24,000 nucleotides of DNA, from assembly GCA_963778465.1 (NCBI GenBank), contig CAVZUK010000003.1, forward strand, positions 581,328 through 605,327, written 5' to 3'. Below the pieces are notes generated by a model. The model saw only the letters and a list, made by a program, of their open reading frames with translations, ran no database searches and was not told where the DNA came from. Each line of letters begins with the position of its first letter. The first letter of the stretch is position 1. The position numbers and the translations under genes are program-made. This document shows positions 1 to 6,764 of this stretch, piece by piece. Origin of the DNA: an uncultured Actinomycetes bacterium (lineage in GTDB: Bacteria; Actinomycetota; Acidimicrobiia; Acidimicrobiales; RAAP-2).

Positions 1-171
1 GTCATCGCCTACCGGTCCGAGGACATGAGGGCCGCCGAGGAGCAGCACCGGGCGGTGGCCGTCGCGCTCCGCCGGCGGAGCGCCGTAGAGGCGTCCAATC
101 GGATGCGCGAGCACGTGGAGTGGGCCGGGTGCCTGGCGCTCGATCGGCTCCGCGAGCGCCTCGCACCGTGA
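1..171 (+). CDS. 3' end of a GntR/FadR-type transcriptional regulator (FCD-domain C-terminus), 5'-truncated by the window edge
   Basis: Frame 1 is open from base 1 to TGA at 169-171 with strong GC3 bias. Translation is VIAYRSEDMRAAEEQHRAVAVALRRRSAVEASNRMREHVEWAGCLALDRLRERLAP. The H-x3-V/I-x2-A-L-x-RR-x5-A-x3-M-x2-H pattern resembles the last helices of FCD ligand domains. Too short for certainty. Confidence 0.4.
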   Translation, partial: VIAYRSEDMRAAEEQHRAVAVALRRRSAVEASNRMREHVEWAGCLALDRLRERLAP

Positions 172-292
172 CGGCCCCGGTCTCGGGACCCGGCGCAGGG
201 CCCCTGGCCTCGGGTCTCGGCGCGAGCGGCCGGGCGTAGGCTCGGGCCTTCCCCTCCCGACCGGGTGCACGGGGAGGGGGCAGGGAGCCCAC

Positions 293-1102
293 ATGAGCGA
301 GCACGCGACACCCTCGGACACGCCGTCCGGGCAGGCGACGGGCGTCCAGTCCGTCGCGGTGGCGCTCGACCTGCTCGACTGCCTGGCCACCGAGCCACAG
401 CTCGGCGTGACCGAGCTCGGGCGCCGCATCGGAGTCCCGAAGAGCACCGCGCACCGAATACTGGCCACCCTTCGCTCCAAGGGCTATGTCGAGCGGGTGC
501 CGGAGTCCAGGGCCTACCGGCTCGGCATTCGCCTGCACGAGCTCGGTGCGCTCGTGGCCAGCCGGAGCCAGCTGAGGGACATCAGCCTCCCTCTCCTCGA
601 GTCGCTGCGGGCCCAGACCGGGGAGACGGTGCACCTGGCCGTGCCGGAGGGCGACCAGATGTTCTACGTCGAGCGGTTGGAGAGCTACCAGGGACTGCGC
701 TTCTCCTCCAGGGTCTCCCGGCTCCGGCCGATCCATCTCACGAGCTCGGGCAAGGCGGTTGCGGCGTTCAATCCCTCGGTGGCCGAGGCGGCGTGCGCCC
801 GGGGCTTCGAGCAACGCACGCCCAGGACGATCCGCTCCAAGTCGCAGTTCCTCCGTTGCCTCTCGGAGACCCGCGCCCGCGGCTACGCCTTCAGCATCGA
901 GGAGGACGAGCCCGGCCTGGCCTCGGTGGCGGCCCCCGTGTTCGACCGCACGCGCGTGGCGCGGGCCGCCATCTCGGTCGCGGGTCCGGTGACCCGGGTG
1001 TCTGGCGAGCACATCGGGCAGATGGCTCGTCGAGTGCAGGCCGCTGCGGCCCGGCTGATGACGCTCGAATCGGTGTGGTGGGGAGGCTCCGGGTACCGCT
1101 GA
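293..1102 (+). CDS. IclR-family transcriptional regulator
   Basis: 269 aa. N-terminal winged HTH (VAVALDLLDCLA...LGVTELGRRIGVPKSTAHRILATLRSKGYVER) and C-terminal IclR effector domain (GETVHLAV..GDQMFYVERLES, SSGKAVAAF, GYAFSIEEDEPGLASVAAPVFD). GGAGGGGG Shine-Dalgarno sequence at 273-280. Sits directly upstream of the catabolic operon. Confidence 0.9.
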   Translation: MSEHATPSDTPSGQATGVQSVAVALDLLDCLATEPQLGVTELGRRIGVPKSTAHRILATLRSKGYVERVPESRAYRLGIRLHELGALVASRSQLRDISLPLLESLRAQTGETVHLAVPEGDQMFYVERLESYQGLRFSSRVSRLRPIHLTSSGKAVAAFNPSVAEAACARGFEQRTPRTIRSKSQFLRCLSETRARGYAFSIEEDEPGLASVAAPVFDRTRVARAAISVAGPVTRVSGEHIGQMARRVQAAAARLMTLESVWWGGSGYR

Positions 1103-1151
1103 GGGTCGTCACCCGGAGTTAATAATCGCTCACCAGGGACAATGTACGATT

Positions 1152-1188
1152 GTTCCGCCCTGCGGTCCATCGTTCCGCCAGGTGGAAC
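1152..1188. promoter_or_regulatory. Candidate operator in the operon leader: GTTCCGCC direct repeat plus a 17-bp near-palindrome
   Basis: GTTCCGCC occurs at 1152-1159 and 1172-1179, 20 bp apart. The second copy is the left arm of GTTCCGCC-A-GGTGGAAC (1172-1188), with 7 of 8 arm positions complementary. A further GTTCC lies at 1195-1199. The site is between the IclR gene and the first operon gene, next to a locally AT-richer stretch (GTTAATAATCGCT at 1117-1129). Confidence 0.3.
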
Positions 1189-1323
1189 ACTGGGGTTCCC
1201 ATGGTCCCGCAGCCACCGCATCCTTGCGCGACCTGGCGGCAAACAACGGCACGGACGGGTGACATGGTCGTCGGCCCCGGATCGGGGCGGTCGAGCACGA
1301 GAGGCGGAGGGACGAGCAGCCCC

Positions 1324-3207
1324 ATGAGCGGCGGGACGTTTCGCAACCCATACGACATCGAAACGCCGGCCGGCGCCGAGGGTTGGGAGTCGATGTACCC
1401 CGACTACCTCCTCTTCAGTGGGGACATGCGGGACCGTGACGAGAACAAGCTCTGGTTCTTCGACCAGATGCACAACCCCGAACCGCTGTACCCGTTCGAC
1501 CTGATGATGCCGGAGAGCTGGCTCGTCTCGCTCAACCAGTACACGACGAGGATCTGGCGCCTGCCCACCGCGCTCGGGATCGAGCACCGCATCGTGAACG
1601 GCTACCTGTACCTCAGCCCCAACGTCATCGACGACCCGGCGATGATCGCCGAGCGCGAGCCGGTCTTTGAGCAGCGCGCCCGCTATTACTTCGAGAACTG
1701 GGACGAGATCTACGACCAGTGGGTCAAGAAGGCCACCGACTGCATCGACCGTCTGAAGACGATGCACTTCGAGCCCCTCCAGGAGTGCGAGCCCGACGAG
1801 ACGGTATTCGGCCGGCGAGGCACCTCGACCGCCTTCGACCTGCTTGTGAACTACAGCCGGCTGCTCGAGAACATGCACGAGATGGCCTACTACCACTTCG
1901 AGATGCTCAATCTCGCCTACGGCGCCTACCTGACCTTCCTCGAGTTCTGCCGCGCCCACTTCCCGGCCATCACCGACGACCTCGTGGCGCGGATGGTGGC
2001 GGGGATCGACGTGATCCTCTACCGGCCCGACCAGGAGCTGCGCAACCTGGCGGTGCGTGCCGTGGAGCTCGGCGTGGGGGACGCCATCTCGGCCGCGGAG
2101 GATCCAGATGACGTCGTCGCGGCCCTCGGGCGCTCGGGCGAGGGCAAGGAGTGGCTGGCCGAGCTCGAGCGGGTCAAGGACCCGTGGTTCTACTACTCGA
2201 CGGGCGCGGGCTACTGCCACGCCAACCGGGCCTGGATCGACGACATGAGGCCACCGTTCGCCGCCCTGCGGGACTACGTGGCCCGGGTGCAGGCCGGGGA
2301 GAGCCTCGTGCGGCCCCTCGAGCATCTCCGATCGGAGCGTGAGCGCATCGCCCACGGCTACCGGGACCTTCTCGACGACGACGCGGCGGCCGCCTTCGAC
2401 AGCCTGCTGGCGCTCTCACGGCAGGTGTTCCCGTTCGTCGAGAACCACAACTTCTACGTCGAGCACTGGCACCACTCGCTCTTCTTCAACAAGGTGCGCG
2501 AGCTCGGCGGCGTCCTCGTGGCCGGCGGTTTGCTCGACCGCGACGACGACATCTTCTTTCTCCACCGCTACGAGGTGTACCGCGTGCTCTACGAGATGGA
2601 GGCTCGTTGGGCCCTGGGCGTTCCGACGCGCAGCGAGCGCATCTGGCGAGACGAGGTTGCGCGCCGGCGACGGATCTACTCGGCGTTGGAGGCCTGGAGC
2701 CCCCCGCCCGCCCTCGGCCGCCCGCCGGAGCGCGTGACCGAGCCGATCACCGTCACGCTGTTCGGCATCAATTCGGAGACGGTGGAGCGCTGGCTCGCCG
2801 CAGAGAACGCCGGCGCGGGCATGAGCGAGCTCGAAGGCCTGGCGGCGTCGCCCGGGGTGGCGGAGGGCCCGGCGCGTGTGGTGCACTCGGTCGCGGAGCT
2901 CGAGGACCTGGTCGACGGGGACATCCTCGTGTGCCCGCTCACGGCGCCGAGCTGGTCCATCGTGTTCGCACGGATCGCCGCAGCGGTCTCCGACGGCGGC
3001 GGCATCATGTCCCATGCGGCCATCGTGTCGCGCGAGTACGAGCTGCCCGCCGTGGTGGCCACGGGCGTGGGCACGAAGGTCATCCGCAGCGGCGACTTCT
3101 TGAGGGTCGACGGCAACACGGGCAAGGTGACCATCCTCGAGCGTGCGGCCGAGCCGGCCGAGCCGGCCGAGCCGGCCGAGCCGGACGAGGCGGCGGCGGT
3201 CCGATGA
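1324..3207 (+). CDS. Phenylphosphate synthase alpha (PpsA)-like subunit: N-terminal substrate-type domain plus C-terminal PEP-utilizing-enzyme mobile (phospho-His swivel) domain
   Basis: C-terminus carries the PEP-utilizer mobile domain: GLAASPGVAEGPARVV...GDILVCPLTAPSWSIVFARIAAAVSDGGGIMSHAAIVSREYELPAVVATG, with the catalytic His in GGIMSHAAI. The N-terminal ~480 aa (GWESMYPDYLLF...LWFFDQMHNPEPLYPFD...IEHRIVNGYLYLSP...YHFEMLNLAYGAYL...GIDVILYRPDQEL) matches my recollection of the PpsA-specific region rather than genuine PEP synthase. I chose the start at ATG 1324 (MSGGTFRNPYDIE) because GGAGGGA lies about 12 nt upstream, it gives 627 aa (about 69 kDa), and the 58 residues upstream of it (from the ORF-track ATG at 1150) are low-complexity. 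Confidence 0.85.
   Translation: MSGGTFRNPYDIETPAGAEGWESMYPDYLLFSGDMRDRDENKLWFFDQMHNPEPLYPFDLMMPESWLVSLNQYTTRIWRLPTALGIEHRIVNGYLYLSPNVIDDPAMIAEREPVFEQRARYYFENWDEIYDQWVKKATDCIDRLKTMHFEPLQECEPDETVFGRRGTSTAFDLLVNYSRLLENMHEMAYYHFEMLNLAYGAYLTFLEFCRAHFPAITDDLVARMVAGIDVILYRPDQELRNLAVRAVELGVGDAISAAEDPDDVVAALGRSGEGKEWLAELERVKDPWFYYSTGAGYCHANRAWIDDMRPPFAALRDYVARVQAGESLVRPLEHLRSERERIAHGYRDLLDDDAAAAFDSLLALSRQVFPFVENHNFYVEHWHHSLFFNKVRELGGVLVAGGLLDRDDDIFFLHRYEVYRVLYEMEARWALGVPTRSERIWRDEVARRRRIYSALEAWSPPPALGRPPERVTEPITVTLFGINSETVERWLAAENAGAGMSELEGLAASPGVAEGPARVVHSVAELEDLVDGDILVCPLTAPSWSIVFARIAAAVSDGGGIMSHAAIVSREYELPAVVATGVGTKVIRSGDFLRVDGNTGKVTILERAAEPAEPAEPAEPDEAAAVR
3148..3183 (+). repeat. Perfect 9-bp tandem repeat (GCCGAGCCG) x4 encoding (AEP)4 at the C-terminal tail of the PpsA-like gene
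   Basis: Copies at 3148-3156, 3157-3165, 3166-3174 and 3175-3183 are identical. They translate to AEPAEPAEPAEP, immediately before the stop/start overlap with the next gene. Confidence 0.95.
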
Positions 3208-4334
3208 GCCAGGTGCACATCGACTCGGAGCGCAAGTTGTTCGGGCCCTCGCCCTACGTCCGGGCGACCTACGCATGCGGACCCGACGACGTCGGCGAGG
3301 TCGGGGGGAAGGCGGTCGGCCTGGGGTCGCTCCTGCGTGCCGGCCAGACGGTGCCCAGGTCCTTCGTCGTCACCTCTTCGGCCTACCGCCGCTACCTGGT
3401 CGGTCGCACCGGCTCCGGCGAGCTCGACGGGGAGCTGCGTGGGCTACCCCCCGAGCTGGCCGACGCCGTCGCCCACGCCTACGGGGTGCTCTGCGACGAA
3501 CGCGGGGCCTCCCTGCCGGTGGCCGTCCGCTCGAGCGCCACGGTCGAGGACTCCGCCGAGTCGAGCTGTGCCGGGCAGTTCCGGACCTTCCTCGGGGCGA
3601 GGGGCGTCGAGCAGGTCCTGGAGGAGGTCGAGCGCTGCTGGATGTCCGCCCTGGACCCCCACGTCGACTCCTACCGCAGCGCGAGGGGTGCCGGCGACGC
3701 GGACGACGCGGTGGCGGTGATCGTCCAGGAGCTCGTGGACGCTCGGGTCGCCGGGGTGATGTTCACGCAGCACCCCCATACCGGGGACCGATCGCTCCTC
3801 GTCATCGAATCCAGCTACGGCCTCGGCGAGGCGGTCGTCGGGGGCGAGGTGACGCCGGACCTCTTCGAGGTGAACAAGGTGACCCGGGAGATCCAGCGGC
3901 GGTCCCGCGGCTCCAAGGCCGTCGAGCACCGTCTCGATCCCGACGGGAGGACCGTCGAGCGCCGGGACGTCGATCCCCGACGGCGTGACGAGTGGTCCCT
4001 CGGCGACGACCGGATCGCCGCTCTGGCCTCGATGGCCTCGGATCTCGAGTCCAAGATCGGTCGGGGCCTCGACATGGAGTGGGCCATCGGGACGATCCGC
4101 ACGGGCGGGACCGCGGCGGACGGCGAGATCTCCGAGCTCTTCGCGCTGCAGGTCCGGCCCATCACCTTCGCCACAGGACCCGGAGGAGCGGGCGCTCCGG
4201 CGGCCGCGGGTGGCCGCGGCGGTCCTCCGGTTCCCCGAGGGGACGCCATCGGCACGATCCTCGGGCACCTGAGCGCCGCCCCCTCCTCGGCCGACTCTTC
4301 GGCCGACGCCTCCGAGGGCGACGACCGACGATGA
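3204..4334 (+). CDS. Phenylphosphate synthase beta (PpsB)-like subunit: PEP/pyruvate-binding (ATP-grasp) domain of the PEP synthase / pyruvate phosphate dikinase family
   Basis: 376 aa (about 40 kDa). Motifs: GGKAVGLGSLLRAG, VAVRSSATVEDSAESSCAGQF, AVAVIVQELVDARVAGVMFTQHP, SLLVIESSYGLGEAVVGGEVTPDLF. ATG 3204 overlaps the upstream TGA (ATGA, 3204-3207). The Gly/Ala/Pro/Ser-rich C-terminal tail is low complexity. Confidence 0.85.
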   Translation: MSQVHIDSERKLFGPSPYVRATYACGPDDVGEVGGKAVGLGSLLRAGQTVPRSFVVTSSAYRRYLVGRTGSGELDGELRGLPPELADAVAHAYGVLCDERGASLPVAVRSSATVEDSAESSCAGQFRTFLGARGVEQVLEEVERCWMSALDPHVDSYRSARGAGDADDAVAVIVQELVDARVAGVMFTQHPHTGDRSLLVIESSYGLGEAVVGGEVTPDLFEVNKVTREIQRRSRGSKAVEHRLDPDGRTVERRDVDPRRRDEWSLGDDRIAALASMASDLESKIGRGLDMEWAIGTIRTGGTAADGEISELFALQVRPITFATGPGGAGAPAAAGGRGGPPVPRGDAIGTILGHLSAAPSSADSSADASEGDDRR

Positions 4335-5704
4335 GCCCGCGCGGTTCCTCCGGAGGCTCCGGCGGCCGGCAACCCTTCGAGCTGTCGGGGTCGGAGTCGC
4401 TCGCGGCGGTGGCCACCGGCGAGCGGTCCGTCAGCGAGATCGTCGGCGGGCTGCTCGAGCGGGTGCGCCAACTCGACGGCGAGATCGGCGCCTTCCGGAT
4501 CTGTGACGCCGATGCGGTCCAGCGCCTTGCCAAGGACCTGGACGACACCGTCGCCGGGCCCCTCTGGGGCCTGGCCGTGGGGGTGAAGGACGTCATCGAC
4601 ACCGCGGACCTCCCGACCGGCTACGGATCCCCGCTGTTCGCCGACCACCGGCCGAGCGAGGACGCACGAGCCGTGGCGACCCTGCGCCGGGCGGGGGCCA
4701 TGGTGCTCGGCAAGACCGAGTCGACCGAGTTCGCCATGTACCAGCCCACCCGGACGCGCAACCCGGTGGATCCGGCTCGGACGCCGGGTGGGTCCTCCAG
4801 CGGGTCCGCGGCCGCGGTGGCGGCCGGCATGGTGCCCGTCGCGCTCGGCACCCAGACCGCGGGATCCGTCGTGCGCCCCGCCGCCTACTGCGGGGTCTAC
4901 GGCTACAAGCCGGCATGGGGCTGGAGCTCGACGGAGGGAATATGGCGGCTGTCCGAACGTCTCGACACGCTCGGGATGTTCGCGAGGACCGTCGCCGACC
5001 TCGAGCTGCTCCACCGAGCGCTCGTCCACGAGAGCCACGGCGGCCCGTCGAGGCCGACCTCACAAAGACGGCCGACCTCTCTCCCTCGGCGCGCCGCCGT
5101 GCTCTCGGCGGGGTCCTGGGGCGACGTGGACCACGACGTCCTCGAGGCCCTCGACCGGGTGGCCGGTCGCCTGGAGGACGGCGGGTGGCGGGTCTCGGAG
5201 CTGGCCATGCCCCACACGTGGCATCGCCTGCCCGAGCACCACCAGATCGTCATGGCGGTCGAGGTGGCCAAGAACCTCCACGGGACCCTCGGACCCCGGG
5301 TCGAGCTGATCTCGGAGGGCGCCCGGCGCATCGTGGAGCAGGGGGACGCCCTACCGGCGCGCCAGTACCTCGCCGCGCTCGAGGCCACCGAGGAGGCCCG
5401 GAACCACCTGGTGCCCCTGGCGGAGGCCACCGACGTGGTCCTCGCCCCGAGCGCCCTCGGCGTCGCGCCGCTCGGGCTGGACGCGACCGGCGATCCGGTG
5501 ATGTGCCGCGCCTGGACGCTGCTCGGGGTGCCGGCGGCCAACGTCCCCTTCCATCGGCGGAGCGACGGCCTCCCGGTCGGGGTGCAGGCCATCGCCCCGC
5601 ACTACGACGACCCCGCCTTTCTCGGCGATCTCTCGTCCCTCGAGACCGCCCTCAGTCAGGAGGCCATCGGCCAGGAGGCCATCAGCCAGGAGGACAGCCC
5701 ATGA
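4331..5704 (+). CDS. Amidase-signature (AS) family amidase
   Basis: 457 aa. Catalytic Lys context GVKDVID, signature GGSSSGSAAAVAAG, nucleophile context GTQTAGSVVRPAAYCGVYGYKP. ATG 4331 overlaps the upstream TGA (ATGA, 4331-4334). Confidence 0.9.
   Translation: MSPRGSSGGSGGRQPFELSGSESLAAVATGERSVSEIVGGLLERVRQLDGEIGAFRICDADAVQRLAKDLDDTVAGPLWGLAVGVKDVIDTADLPTGYGSPLFADHRPSEDARAVATLRRAGAMVLGKTESTEFAMYQPTRTRNPVDPARTPGGSSSGSAAAVAAGMVPVALGTQTAGSVVRPAAYCGVYGYKPAWGWSSTEGIWRLSERLDTLGMFARTVADLELLHRALVHESHGGPSRPTSQRRPTSLPRRAAVLSAGSWGDVDHDVLEALDRVAGRLEDGGWRVSELAMPHTWHRLPEHHQIVMAVEVAKNLHGTLGPRVELISEGARRIVEQGDALPARQYLAALEATEEARNHLVPLAEATDVVLAPSALGVAPLGLDATGDPVMCRAWTLLGVPAANVPFHRRSDGLPVGVQAIAPHYDDPAFLGDLSSLETALSQEAIGQEAISQEDSP
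5657..5695 (+). repeat. 15-bp tandem repeat (CAGGAGGCCATCNGC, 2.6 copies) at the amidase 3' end, each copy containing an AGGAGG Shine-Dalgarno-like core
   Basis: CAGGAGGCCATC at 5657-5668 and 5672-5683, and CAGGAGGAC at 5687-5695. Encodes QEAIGQEAISQED. The last AGGAGG (5688-5693) lies 7 nt upstream of the ATG of the next gene (5701). Confidence 0.9.
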
Positions 5705-6732
5705 ACTACGACTTCGTCAACGTCTGCCGCGAGGAGCTCAGGCTGTGCGGCGTCCACGAGGGCGAGGCGGTGGCGATCTTGAGCTCGGACGGCCCCGACG
5801 AGCTCATGGGACATGCCGCAGCCTTCATGCAGGCAGCCAAGGAGCTCGGGGCGCTCCCCTACCACGTGCGGGTGCCGGCGCAGCGGGGCAAGAGCGCGGC
5901 CACGTGGGACGTCGGGCAGACACCGCTGCAGGGACACGCGCCGGCCATGGCCGCCTTGAAGGAGGCGGACCTCGTCATCGACCTCGTCTTCATGCTCTTC
6001 TCCAAGGAGCAGCTGGAGATCCAGGCCTCGGGCACGCGGATCCTGCTCGCGGTGGAGCCCCCCGACGTCCTGACTCGGCTCCTGCCGAGCCCCGAGCTGC
6101 GGGAACGCGTCGAGTTCGCCGGTGAGCTGCTGACCTCCGCCGAGAGCCTGCGGGTGCAGCACGAGAACGGCACGGACCTCGTGTACCGGCTCGGCCGCTA
6201 TCCCGTGATCACCGAGTGGGGTTACACCGACGAGCCGGGCCGTTGGGACCACTGGCCGTCGGGATTCCTCTTCACCGGCGCCCACGACGACGGCGTCGAC
6301 GGGATGATGGTGCTCAGCCCCGGCACGATCATCTACCCGTTCAAGTCCTACGTCCGCACGCCCATCACGCTCCGCGTGGAGGAGGGTCGGATCACCGGCC
6401 TGTCGGGAGATCTCGATGCCGAGCTCATGCGGGACTACATGGACCAGTTCCGGGACCCCGACGGCTACGCCATCTCGCACATCGGCTGGGGCCTCAACGA
6501 GAAGGCCCTCTGGTCCGGTCCGGTGATGGACACAAGGGGCATCGGCCAGGAGGGCCGCTCCTTCTACGGCAACGTGCTGTTCGCCACGGGACCCAACCAG
6601 GAGCTGGGCGGCACCAACGCGTCGCCGTGCCACCTCGACATCCCGTTGCACGGGTACTCGCTCTCCCTCGACGACCGTCCCGTGATCCGTCACGGCGACG
6701 TCGTGGTCAAGGAGATGCAGCCGCGCAGCTGA
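5701..6732 (+). CDS. NicX-like 2,5-dihydroxypyridine 5,6-dioxygenase family protein (M29 aminopeptidase-like fold)
   Basis: 343 aa. Long colinear blocks match my recollection of Pseudomonas putida NicX: GTRILLAVEPPDVLTRLLP, DEPGRWDHWPSGFLFTG, ISHIGWGL, FYGNVLFATGPNQELGG, PCHLDIPL. The H (ISHIGWGL) and H-x-D (CHLD) positions recalled as the NicX Fe(II) ligands are present. ATG 5701 overlaps the upstream TGA (ATGA, 5701-5704). Confidence 0.85.
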   Translation: MNYDFVNVCREELRLCGVHEGEAVAILSSDGPDELMGHAAAFMQAAKELGALPYHVRVPAQRGKSAATWDVGQTPLQGHAPAMAALKEADLVIDLVFMLFSKEQLEIQASGTRILLAVEPPDVLTRLLPSPELRERVEFAGELLTSAESLRVQHENGTDLVYRLGRYPVITEWGYTDEPGRWDHWPSGFLFTGAHDDGVDGMMVLSPGTIIYPFKSYVRTPITLRVEEGRITGLSGDLDAELMRDYMDQFRDPDGYAISHIGWGLNEKALWSGPVMDTRGIGQEGRSFYGNVLFATGPNQELGGTNASPCHLDIPLHGYSLSLDDRPVIRHGDVVVKEMQPRS

Positions 6733-6764
6733 AACGACCGACCGTCTGAGAGCAGGAGGGCCAA

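Noticed and set aside
251-279. Hairpin CCCCTCC (251-257) / GGAGGGG (273-279) as a terminator of the upstream GntR-like gene or a Shine-Dalgarno-sequestering structure for the IclR gene
   Set aside because: The stem is only 7 bp with a 15-nt loop and no U-tract. The G-rich arm is equally well explained as simply the Shine-Dalgarno sequence of the IclR gene. The evidence is insufficient.
1150-1323. ORF-track ATG at 1150 as the start of the PpsA-like gene
   Set aside because: The extra 58 residues (MFRPAVHRSARWNTGVPMVPQPPHP...GGGTSSP) are low complexity and unlike the PpsA N-terminus. ATG 1324 has a GGAGGGA Shine-Dalgarno sequence and yields the expected subunit size. I cannot fully exclude an intermediate start (for example ATG 1264).
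883-2355. 490-aa minus-strand ORF antisense to the IclR 3' end and the PpsA-like gene. Similar long antisense or off-frame ORFs occur at 2..1012, 2416..3276, 3815..5038, 5656..6837, 6690..7973, 8171..9124, 9738..10829, 9905..12061, 12589..13656, 13801..15771, 15435..16541, 17756..18640, 18007..19122 and 22326..23396.
   Set aside because: Their translations are dominated by Arg, Gly, Pro, Ala, His, Asp and Glu, with no motifs. Each lies opposite or out of frame to an ORF with clear family signatures and GC3 bias. These are classic shadow ORFs of high-GC DNA.
3148-3183. Tandem repeats as a possible CRISPR array or minisatellite element
   Set aside because: The units are only 9 bp, directly adjacent with no spacers, in frame and inside a gene. 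It is a coding microsatellite, not a CRISPR array.
1324-4334. Calling the pair a genuine phosphoenolpyruvate synthase (ppsA) or pyruvate phosphate dikinase
   Set aside because: The enzyme is split into two genes in permuted order. It lacks the C-terminal PEP/pyruvate TIM-barrel domain and instead has a PpsA-type N-terminal domain. The operon context is catabolic, not gluconeogenic.
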